From NCBI RefSeq assembly GCF_009914755.1, contig NC_060938.1: a DNA stretch of 64,000 nt; one strand, 5' to 3'. Within the stretch, counting starts at the first letter, position 1. Each line of letters begins with the position of its first letter. This document shows, in pieces, positions 52,266 to 64,000 of this stretch. The notes beneath the pieces were generated by a model that searched no databases, was not told the origin of the DNA, and saw only the letters and a list, made by a program, of their open reading frames with translations. The stretch is from the human T2T-CHM13v2.0 reference genome, Homo sapiens. The position numbers and the translations under genes are program-made.

Positions 52266-54624
52266 TATTACACAAAATGTATAGTTGTTAATGGTGTTAC
52301 TGCCATTAAAATATAGCTGTTCAATGTGATTTCATAATAAATAGACATACTCATATATAACTATTTATATATTTACATTATATAAATATAATGACAATTG
52401 CAAAATTTTCTCAAACCATTTGATGTCTTTCCAAGCCCTGTCTCAAGGGCTTATGTTTTATACCTACATGCCAAAAAAAGTGACAAAATCAGGGTGAAAT
52501 TGGTTCAGACTTTATAAAACTATGGGTGGAAAAAAAATTAGCTGAGAGATTCAATAGGTGATCAAATCTTGCCTTATCTCTAATAATCATAAAACAGAAA
52601 AAAAATTGTATTTTTTTTTAAAAACTCACTTTACAGTTAAAATATTTCAAGAAATGTCATTGACATATTATTCCCAAAGCTCTAAAAATATAAAATGAGC
52701 TAATGGTATTTTACAATAAAAACTGTCCCCGTTTTCCATTTTAATGAGATCTGTCAAAATCTCTATAAATTCTCACTGTATAAAATTGTTACATATAGCC
52801 CCGTGAGATACACTTGACTCTCCCTCTGACAGATATCAGATATCATTTGGAACATTCTGGTATTGTCAGATATGATAAGGAGGATATGTAGTCATAAATC
52901 CAACAGATGTGAGCTGCACCTCCAACAGGTACCTTGCTGAATTCACTACATGATATAAATTTAGAAGACCAAATATATTCAAACAGACCCCAGTCATGAA
53001 ATGCAATGACCTCAATAAAAATCAGCCTTAAAACTACACTGAAAAGGGCCATTTCAGGTACTCTTAACCACAAATACTACTCTGCAGTTCCAGAACACAC
53101 ACTGTAGACACATGCTTCCCAGTAAACATGCTTAGGATCCTCAGTTCATATCTGACAATCTGCACCATGGTACATCTGACCCAAAGGTTCACTGAAAACC
53201 CTCTAGAAGCAGACAACTTCTGGAAATCCTCAGCTTCCTTCCCAATCCTCTAGAGATGAAAAAGGTGACATTAGGTGTAGACAGTTTCCTTTCAATATCT
53301 TTAGATCAACATCTATGTTTGTGTCAAAGGACTTAGGATTGGACTTAGGTTGTATTGTTTGTCTCTTTGTTCTTTACCTCTCCTCTCGTGTTAATCCTTT
53401 TGCTCTCATTTTAACTGCTTCTTTCCTATAAAATTCTCTGAATTAAATTTGTCTTTCTCAAGGAATTTCAGTGACTAGCAATCTTGCTAAGTATTAAATT
53501 TGATATATATTCTCAAAACTCACTAAAATATATATTTTAACTTTGACACATCCATATACTTTAATGGGATCATAGGTCCCCATCAATTAACTGCTGTTAC
53601 TGACATTTCTCAGAGCCCCAAAGGAATCCAAGGACATCAGAAAATAAGGGGATATAAGACTAATTACGCGAACTGTGGTCCAATTATTTTCCCATAAAGC
53701 TATGCAGGAATCACTGCATGACTTTTAAAACTCTCCCAGGGATTTTGTCATCCAAAATTAGACCTATTAAGATCAGATTGTTATTAGTACCTATCTCATT
53801 AAACTGTACTTCAGTGGAAATTACCTAAGTCTATTCCTCTTGAATAATAACAGAGTTATTGTCCTTACCATGCCAAAATGTGATCTATTCCTTGGACATG
53901 GTAATCTAGTTTTCCCAAGTATTCAAAGTCTTTTTTTTTTTCATGTGTTTACATTTTATTGAAAGCTTGACATGGTACCCTATCAAAAGTGGTTCAATAT
54001 AGTGTATTTCATTGTTTTACATTAGGATTCTTGAATGTATAATGTGGAATCCACAATTTATCTCTGACAATAGAGAAATCAAAAAAGCAACTTACCTTAA
54101 AGAAAAAAAAAACCTCCACCTTGAGTTCAAGAGGCCAGTATAAATTTGGTGGCTAAAATTGTCCTAAATAATAAAATTTCCCAAAACTATTTACTGGCCA
54201 GTGAAAATGAAGTCTACAATATTTAATGCATTCTATTGTTTCTAAGTAAATACATCAAAAACAATCAATCAATAAAGGGGATAAAAGTCATTTGCTCAAT
54301 TAAAACTGATCAAACCAATCCTTGAGCACATTCTTCTGATTAGGGCTAAGCTAAGTAAAATTAATTTGCATTTAATTTTCAGTTAGCCTAGGCCTAATCA
54401 GTACATCTATTATTCTAATACATCTATTATTATGTATCCATAAAAATTAAAAATAGATAAATAAAAGAGCCTAGAGAAAAAAAATTGATTCCAGTGTTCT
54501 TTTGGTATTTGTAGTTATTGTCATACATGTTTGTATTTCTCTGCCTTTTACTGATGACACTGAACAAAAAGAGACTGAGGTCCTCATGGTAAATCCTGCT
54601 TCTTTAAGATTTTTTTTTCTTTAA

Positions 54625-54954
<330 letters not shown>

Positions 54955-57900
54955 TAGAAATCTAAATCCCTTGAGAAGAGAAACTTTGCCTTGTTTGCCA
55001 TTGAAACTTCAGTCTGCCTAGATGTATTATAATGGTGCCTGGCAGATAATCGATGTTCAATAAGAATTTGTTGAATAAATAGGTTTCCCTCACTTGCACA
55101 GATAAAGGACAACTTAGAAGTAGTCTCAGCAATTGGACAGAACAGCTCAGCTGGCCTCTTGGTGGTGGCCACATGTGTGGCTGTGGCAGTGGCCACGCAG
55201 GGCAAGCAGTACCTCACAGTCCGAGGAGACACCTCTGTAGGGTAGACAGAACCAGGATTTCAGAACCCTGGCTTTGTCACTCACTGTTGCTTCAATAACC
55301 AAGACTGGGTCTTGGACTCAAGTGTGCATCTCTGGGAATTTCAAGATCTATTTAAGGAGATCAAGATCTATTAAGGAGAGAGGCTCTGGAAGAGATTGTA
55401 CATATTGCAGTCAAGACTTAGATATGTGCATTAAAGAGACCATAGTTGTATTTACCAGTTTTAGACACTGGCATTAAATTTGTATTTTCCATTTTGAATA
55501 TGTAAAATCAGCCTTCCTGACTTAATTGTAAATTTCTCAATAGCAGACACTCAGTATGTTTGTGGGGGGTTATTTGGCTGATAATGGAATGAAAACAACC
55601 TTTAGAGGTCTAAATCCAGGAAAATGAAGAACAATTAAAAGCAGGTCAAGATCCTCCTATCTTATCCTATGCTGTACTCATGAGGCCCCTGAAAATAATT
55701 TTTAAACTATGTGATACGCAGCAGCACGGAGGTTGACTGAATTGATATAATTGAACATCTAATGTGATCTGATGGTGATATCTTCTTGTTTATATTTCAG
55801 AATAGCCAAAAATAAGCCACTTTTTTCCTGTTATTCAGAGTAAGTAGCTCAAAAAGAACCTGACCAAGAGTAATGGTTCAAACCTAATTTAGTTACTGAC
55901 TTATTGTGTGATCCTGAATTCATTATTTAACTTATTTCCAACTGTATCCCTTTATCTGTTAAACAGGGATCATATTTGTCTGTGTCTCTCAGAGTTATTA
56001 CAAGGGTTAATAAAAATTATGTAATATAGAAAGGTACTTATAATGTAAACTATTCTATATTAAAAGTGTTTGAGATCCCCATCAGACCTCACATGGATTT
56101 TAAGCAGTAGTTTGTAGGCCATTTGCTCTTACTGAAAAACCAGACAGTCCTTTATGGTGCAAAGTCAGACAGAAAACAAGGTCGTTGCTTTGCAAAAACG
56201 TGTTGAAAGCACAGTCCTCTGCATAAAGTATTCGTGAGGGAAGCCATTATTTCAGCCCAAAAATATTCAGCTACAATTTTCACAGCCTTTCTGAAAGTGG
56301 AAGGGAAATTAACATGCCGGATCATTGAAAGTTACATCTGGCTCAAAAGCCAATAGTTCACCTGTTTGCTTTTATTTCAACTCCTACTTCAGAGCAGGCA
56401 GCATTATCACTACTGATGCCTACAGATTATATCACTCAGCCTCTTGCTAATGCAGGAAGCACTTCTTACAGACTAGGCTAAAAAGCTGAATAGATTTATC
56501 AATAAACATTAGGAAAATTTTGTACATAGGATATATGCACAGAACACAAAACATTTACAAAAACTCCAAAAGGTTTTAAATATTCCCTATCTATTTTTCT
56601 TCTTACTTATCTTCACCATCCCACCGGTAATACAATGCAGTTTGATATTTGGATAAACACAAATTTAAGAAAAAGGAACTTTTATTTCCGTGTGAGTGAA
56701 GCACAGGGAAGCCATTTAGAATGCTATGTGTCTTTTAATCTAGGGATAAATGTCAGAATCAGAGAACCAGGAGTATCAGGTAGACATTTAACTGGTAGAC
56801 ACTGAAGGGGTTTTCCATTTTGCCTTAAAAGATTCTGCAAAAATGGACATTCTATTATCACTTTAAGTAGTCTGATGTTTGATTACCATTGAGATATATA
56901 ACACTGCTGTATATTTATATATAAATGTGTAAAACCAATCCAGCACCTTTATAAGAATGAATGAAGAAAGATACCTCCTCCAGGTGGGTACATGATTTTA
57001 CAAGCAGACGATGCCTTAGTATGAGAAGAAAGTGCTCCCCTTCCTGAGGAATCCAGCCTGAGCCAAAGCCGTTTTGCAAGGCCCCGTTGGCCTTCCGGGC
57101 TGCAACCCCTTGTGCAGTGCACAAACTCCACAACTGTACGGGATAATTCTTCAGTACTCCAGGTATTCATTGTCACAGCATGGCTTTCCAACAACAGTAT
57201 CTCACATTTGCACGGTGCTTGAGAGTTTACAAATTATCTCATTTAATTGTTTCAAGAATCTTTTACAGAGATATTATCTGTTTCATAGATAAGGAAGCCT
57301 AGAGAGGTTAAAGTGCATGGTTGGACGGTGGCAAGGCCAGGCATTAGAAAACAAGTCTTCTTTTCACATCCAGTCCTTGTTCCACAACAGTTTTGGTGTT
57401 TAAATACACCAGCACATTTCGCCATTTTACAGACATCTGTTTCTCCCCACTTACATCTTTGTAGGACCCTCAGCTTCATGTTTCTTTAGAGCATGGAGCT
57501 TCAAAATCCAGACACCAACGTTGAGATCAACAATAAGTCAACACAAACCAAGAAGTGCAGCCCTGATGTTGAGCTTGTCCCACAGCTTGCCCGTGTTTCC
57601 TTCTCTTGAGGATGTGACATTGCTATTTAACACAATTTGACAACATTCATCAGAATATTAATGCCATACTTCTCTCCGGCTTTCCTCATTTTGTATCTAT
57701 AGCATTTCATTTTAGATCCTAAATGCACACTTAAACTTAATCATTTATCATCTTCATTTTTAATTCCTTTTCTGACACTCCATTAACAACCCCCTCTTCA
57801 TCCTGCTTGATTTAACAGCATCTACAAATTTAACAAACATAAGCTCAATACTTGATTTCAAGTCATATGGATGTCTTTCTCTTGTATCTTCCCGTCGTGA

Positions 57901-57958
57901 TAGAATCCCTGGCCAGGGTGTTAAATTATATAAGACTATGACTCTAAATGTATTAGAG

Positions 57959-58278
57959 CAGGGGTCAGCAAATTTTTTCTGTAAAGTGCCAGAGAATAAA
58001 TATTTTTGGTTTTGTGGGCTGTATGGTCTCTTTTGCAACTATTCAACTCTACCATTGTAGCACAGAAGCAGCCACAGAGAATCCATACGCAAAAAGTCAT
58101 GGCTGTGTTCCAATACAGCTTGAATTAGGGGCACTAAAATTTGAACTTCGTATCATTTTACAAGTAAAAAAAATTATTTCCTTTTGATTTTTTTCAACCT
58201 TCCAAACATCTAACAACTATTCTTAGTTCACAGACTATACAAACACAGGCTAGGACTTGGCTAGATTTGCTAACCCTG
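57959..58278. mobile_element. MER58B-like hAT-Charlie element
   Basis: CAGGGGTCAGCAAA...TTTGCTAACCCTG inverted termini. Confidence 0.8.
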
Positions 58279-59374
58279 ATGTAGAGCTCAATACCTATAT
58301 TAACACATTGCAAGCAAGAGACAGCTATCACTTTCATCCTCCCCTCCCAGTTTACCAGGCAATAGAAACGCTAGTATCAAATCCAAAAACCCAGAGGTGG
58401 AAAGGAATAAAAATGCGTTTAATGAAAAAGATTTCATATTCTATCTAGAAACAACCATTCTCTTCAAGTTTGATTACAGATTGCTGTAGCTATGTATACT
58501 CATTTATTCATATGAGGTTTCAGTTACTCATACTTCTTTTGTCACTTCATGAAGTGCTCACAAAAAAAATGAAGAGATTTTTCACTCCACGGTGATAATA
58601 AATAGCTCCGGGCAGTGAGCGCTGGCCACTCTTTATGTTGCCCTTGGCGCCAGTCTAATGGGCCACCTGGGCTTCTGCTTCCTGTCTTGGGTGGCTTTAA
58701 CCCAGGGTGGCAGTCCAGGTCTGTGGTACTCGGTTTCTAGGTTGGTTACGTGCTTCTGTGAGTTGACTAAATGATTTTCATTCAAGACATTCTGTTCTGG
58801 ACAAATCGTTTTTCAAGAGGAATTTCTAGCTGATGGAATGAACTGAGGAGAAAGAGCTGATAGCGAAATAAAGAAATTGCCTGTGGCAGAAATTTTAAAG
58901 TGGCCTCCCAGACTGTGGGCCTCCTTAGGACTTAAGACCTGAAAACATTGTACATTAGAAGACGAAAAATCTGGATCCTGTGGATTTAGCTATTTTGGGT
59001 TTAGCTGTGAGGTCTGGATCCTAGACTGTGGTGTGAACCTTCCTGGTTTTCACAGGACTGACTTTTGTGGCCCTGAATTCTTTGCCTCATCCTGTCCTCA
59101 GGTGTCTCTGCTCCTAACCTCTTCCTCCAGTTCTGCCTAATGTGAGGAATTCTGGGTTTCTGCCCCAACACTTGCCTCTACCTGCATTGCTGAGGCCATC
59201 CTTTTGAATTAGTGAGTTTCCATCCTGGCTGTTCTGGTCCTTTCAAAGGGCAAAGTTGGGTTTTTGGAGAGGAAAAGACTGCAAGTTAAACCCAGAAGGT
59301 ACCATATTCTGTATCAAATCAGTAACACATATATACATATAGGTTTTCATTATGTACAATTACAACTATATATG

Positions 59375-59412
59375 TGTTTGGGTGTGTGTGTGTGTGTGTG
59401 TGCGTGTATATA
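59375..59412. repeat. (TG)n/(TA)n microsatellite
   Basis: Directly visible. Confidence 0.85.
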
Positions 59413-59667
59413 TATTTAATTCTGTCAATGTGTCCTGAAACATAACTCTCACACAATGCAGGCAGGCATTCAAATCAGAACACTGGATAACCTTTTAGGA
59501 TACAACTTGACAACATACATCAAAAGCCTTAAAATTGTTTGTATTCTTCAATTGCATAGCCCATTTTTTGGAATACATCCTAGGACAAGAATCTTTAATA
59601 TAGAAAAAAATCCTGCAGCACAGAAATATTCATCATAGCATAATTATGATAGAAAAAGGATAATCTA

Positions 59668-59902
59668 GGCTGGGTGCAGTGACTCACACCTGTAATCCTA
59701 GCACTTTGGGAGGCTGAGGCAGGCAGATCACTTGAGGTCAGGAGTTCGAGACCAGCATGGCCAACATGGCGAAACCCCATCTCTACTAAAAATAAAAAAT
59801 AAATAAAAAATTAGCCAGGAGTAAGTGTGTGCCTGTAATCCCAGCTACTTGGGAGGCCAAGGCAGGAGAATCGCTTGAACCCAGGAGGAGGAGGTTGCAG
59901 TG
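59668..59902 (+). mobile_element. AluS lacking its 3' end and A-tail, inside an old L1
   Basis: Alu stops at GAGGTTGCAGTG; L1M-like sequence resumes immediately. Confidence 0.88.
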
Positions 59903-60834
59903 TATCCAACCATGGGAAAAAGACTTAGCTACATTGTATACATTTGATGAGTAACATGTTTATAATACAACAAAAAGTGAAAAAAGCTGGATACAAGATT
60001 GTGTGCTGTATGATTTCCACCATTTAAAAAGATATTTGCATAGAAACAATTGGAAGAACATATTCCAATTACTTTCCTGTTTATAGTTACTTTCCTGTTT
60101 ATACTTTTAAGCACTTGATATGTAATACTAGGTACACTGGTATAATCAGGGGGCAACATATGGCAAGATTAATAATATATTGCTCAGAGAAAGCATCTGA
60201 ATATAAAGTTGCATATATAATATGAGTGCAAGGATTAAAAAAAAACTCTACAGGGGCATCAAACATAAATACCTACAGGAGCCAAACAATGAGACATTGG
60301 CAAATTGGCAAGCATGTTCCCCTCTGAGAGTAGCCACCTTTCCTCAACTCCAGCCATTTAGGAATGCAGGTTCAATTTTTCAAGAAAAACCCTGTATCTA
60401 AATTTAATGTGACACCTCTTAATTTTTACATGTTAAGATTTAATTTAAATTAAAAATATATTGCCTAGGCCAAATAAAACACATCAGACTTTTTTTTTCT
60501 CCCAAAGGCTGTTTGTTTATACCTTCTGCTCTATATTTGAATAAAGATATGCATGCATTAATAGTTATAAGACAGAATCAGATCAAAATGGAGACAGCCA
60601 TTATGGCTGGATAATGGGATTCTGGTGTTTTCTATTTTTTTTTTTTAATGTTTCAGTATATTCTAAGTTTTCTTTAATATGCATGGATACTTTCATAATG
60701 GAAACTTTAAAGCATTGCTTTTCACCAAAGTACAATTTCTTTTTTAAAAAATATCTTGCCCAAAACCTGGTGCTTCTTTTTCTTGTTTCTCCCTACATAT
60801 GGTTGTCATTAAATTCAATATTTAATTGTTCTTT

Positions 60835-61000
60835 TATAAATAATTTCAACTTTTATTTGAGATTCAGGAGGTACATGTTCAGGTTTGTTACCTAGGTATA
60901 TTGTGTGATGCTGAGGTTCAGGGTATGATTAATCCCCTCACCCAGGTATTGAGCATAGTACCCAAAAGTTAGTTTTTCAACCCTTTCCCTTTTCCTCCCT
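60835..61000 (-). mobile_element. Older L1PA 3' end fragment
   Basis: TTCAACTTTTATTT...GGTACATGTTCAGGTTTGTTAC...GATGCTGAGGTT. Confidence 0.75.
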
Positions 61001-61126
61001 TCAATTATTCTTAAAAGTTGATGTTAAACAGATATTACTGACAGAGTCATAGAGATACAAGACTCGCAGACACCAGCATAAAACATGAGAACCACGTCAA
61101 GTGGACAGTAAAGCAGGGTGTTATTT

Positions 61127-61190
61127 ATTTATTTATTTATTTTGAGACAGAGTCTCACTCTGTCACCAGGCTGGAGAGCAGTGGTGCGAA
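61127..61190 (-). mobile_element. Severely 5'-truncated Alu (~65 bp) with 13-bp TSD
   Basis: CAGGGTGTTATTT at 61114-61126 and 61191-61203; (TTTA)n tail. Confidence 0.85.
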
Positions 61191-61939
61191 CAGGGTGTTA
61201 TTTTATTGTAGCTGCCTACTCACTCTCTCTGCCCCCAGCCTCTTTCCCTCTTCCTACCAAAACCCAATCAGAAGAAGGAATCATTTGAACCTACTTTATA
61301 ACAAGGGCTCAGTCAAGACAGGGAGAGAAGTAGGTCGAGTTATAGAATTTATGGTAACACAGGAAAAGTTGATGTCTTGGAAAAAGCGAAAGATTTTACA
61401 TTCTAACTGGAATTATTTTAATAATTCTACTTTGAAAGCTGAGCTGTTTTTCCAGACATTCAAAAGAAAAAAGCAACAAGAGAACATCTGCAATTCTACT
61501 CAAGATAGAGCTAAGAATGTTAGAGAAAAGATACAAAGGAAGTTAGATGTACTCTTCTACAAGTTCAAGTGTCACTAGGGGCATTTTAATTTCTCTTCAT
61601 ATTTTCTTTATAAGTTCAAAGGGATGAAGAGTTTAAGTTTCATTTTGTGCTAAGAGGTGGCATGGCCACTGCATGGCGGGAGTCATTTTTTATTCATTCA
61701 TTTGCTTCTCCTTGAGAACATACCCTATTTTCAGGCCTGACTCAGAGCCCCTGAGGAGCTTCCACTGGGGCATAAAAAGCAGGGTTTGGGGAGGTGGGCT
61801 TGCTGGGAGTCCTAGGGCACTGTGGTGGGCAGGAGGTAGTGGGGAGAAGCCACTGGGGAAGGTGTTTGTATAACTTTGAATTTCTGCCAGGATTCTGGTG
61901 GTTCCTGGATTTTTTCCTGGAAGTTTATACGGTTTGTCT

Positions 61940-62108
61940 CAAGTAAATGTTTAACAACCAATTCTCCGGGAAAGGAGAACACTGATTTGTAGCATTTGCT
62001 GATTTTTTTGGTGTCAGTACTCCCATGGTAGCTGATTTTAAGCTACTAGCCTGATCTCACTGAATACAGAGCCAGGAAGAGATCCAGAGCCATTCCAGCA
62101 CTCCACTC
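61940..62108. mobile_element. MER63-like hAT element, opposite orientation to the 43.8 kb copy
   Basis: GTAAATGTTTAACAACC...CTGATTTGTAGCATTTGC...CCAGCACTCCACT. Confidence 0.65.
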
Positions 62109-62350
62109 GTTTATGTGTTCTGATCCGCAATGGTCAGGCTGACTTAAGGGTCTGTTGCTTTCCAGATTTACTCAGCCCTGTTAGGAAGTTCCCACTATGA
62201 AGAAGTCCAGCTCTCTTCTCTACTGCGGCTTTAACTACCTTTGTTTAGACAAACAGCACAGTCTTACTCTGTGATCTTTTAAAACTTGGATTGTTTAACC
62301 ATTTTATCTCAAGTTATTTACACTGTTATAGTTATTTCCCTATATTTTAG

Positions 62351-62692
<342 letters not shown>

Positions 62693-63659
62693 TGATTTTA
62701 TTTCTTTACTGTTGTTTATTTCAGATAGGGAACACTGGATTTGAAATGATTTCTTCTCTGAAAAAGTAGACAGCTTCATAATAAGAAGGCCTCTTTATTC
62801 ATCTAAAACAGTTGTGAGGGGCAAAAATAACAATACATTTTACTGTTTACTTTTTATTACAAAAGTTAAACATGTGTGGCATTTTAGAAAATATGATTTT
62901 AAAAGAAGAAAAAAGCATAAGCAAAATGAAATAAATAAAAATTACCCATAATTCTAACAACCAGATATAACAACTGTACATAATCAACATATATCCTTCT
63001 AAATATGTATATATATATAATATACACTTTTTTATTCACAAAATGAATTTATACTGTGCATTCCTCTTGATAACCCTCTCTGTGTCAAGGAAAAACACAT
63101 TTTTACTGTATCACTCTTAATGATGCAGTGTGAGTCCATTACACCTTAATTTATTTAATAAATTGCCTATAGTTGGACATCTAGATTGTTTCCTATATTT
63201 TGTATCCTTATATATGTACTGTTATATATTTGCATGAATATTCCTTCAGGCTAAATTTCTGAAAGTGTAACTTCTTGGTCAAAGAATCCTCCAGATATGT
63301 TTAGACTTTTGATAGGGTTGCCAAACTGAAGCTAAAGAGTAGAGTGCTTATTAGGTGAAGTGTAGTGGTCTGTCCTGGAAGGAGATTAACTGCAGTGACA
63401 AAAATGCGATTATAGAGAGTGGAAACCATGAACTACCTTGCATTTATAATTATGGCTGAAGGAGGGAGGGAAGGAGACAGCACCTTTTCCTAGACACAGT
63501 ATTCCTTGTAAGGTGGAAGCATGCTAAAGTGGGAACCTGGGAAGGTGCTGTATTGGGAGCTGCTGTCAGACATCTTGGAAGTTTGAGCTTTGGGTCCAAG
63601 CTTAGCTGCCTCCTGGGAGGTAAGTGATATTAGCTCTGCTGTTCAGGTTAGGAATGTAT

Positions 63660-64000
63660 AACTGTAGTAGTCAGCTCCTGCTACAATTCTACTGGGTTTA
63701 AGACAACCCCCAGGTCTTGGTGGCTCAGAATAACAAATAATTATTTCTTACTCAAGGTCTGCAGGCCAGCAGCAGTGTCTCCTCTTTATGCTGAATATTG
63801 GATTCAAGATCTAGGTCTGTCCTGCGTATCTTCTTCCAGGACTCACAATAAAGGACCACCAGCTACTGGAGCATGAGTTCCCAATAGGGTAGACAAGGGA
63901 AGACCCTGAAGAGCGCTCAAAACTGTCAACATGTCTTCTCTGTCTAGTTTCCACTGGCCAAAGTGAGATGCATGGCCAAGCCCAGTGTCAGAAGGATAAG
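63660..64000. mobile_element. Old MLT1 LTR fragment running to the window edge
   Basis: TGTAGTAGTCAGC...TTATTTCTTACTCA...CACTGGCCAAAGTGAGATGCATGGCCAAGCCCA. Confidence 0.55.

Overview
Human (primate) genomic DNA, apparently chr14q22. It holds the 5' end of NID2 (nidogen-2) on the minus strand: a CpG-island promoter (~22.9-25.2 kb) and coding exons 1-5 (23855-24082, 22946-23251, 15212-15444, 9099-9400, 8658-9017). These give 1429 coding nt, all with canonical GT-AG junctions, encoding the signal peptide, the NIDO/G1 domain and the acidic/Pro-rich linker. Exon 6 lies beyond the left edge. The ~39 kb upstream of the promoter looks intergenic and is dense in repeats: Alu, L1, L2, MIR, MaLR/ERV LTRs, a near-full-length Tigger1, Tigger2a and MER5/58/63. 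Most other ORFs in the track are repeat-derived or GC-rich shadow ORFs. I see no novel multi-gene system. The most interesting items are (1) an 81-nt, in-frame, stop-free 'exitron-like' intron 4 that can add 27 Pro/Ser/Thr-rich residues to the linker; (2) a human-specific pre-Ta (ACG/G) L1HS insertion in sense orientation in intron 2; (3) a strong 5' splice site just upstream of the start codon; and (4) several local templated-insertion or foldback scars. Repeat family names come from recalled consensus sequences, not from a RepeatMasker run.
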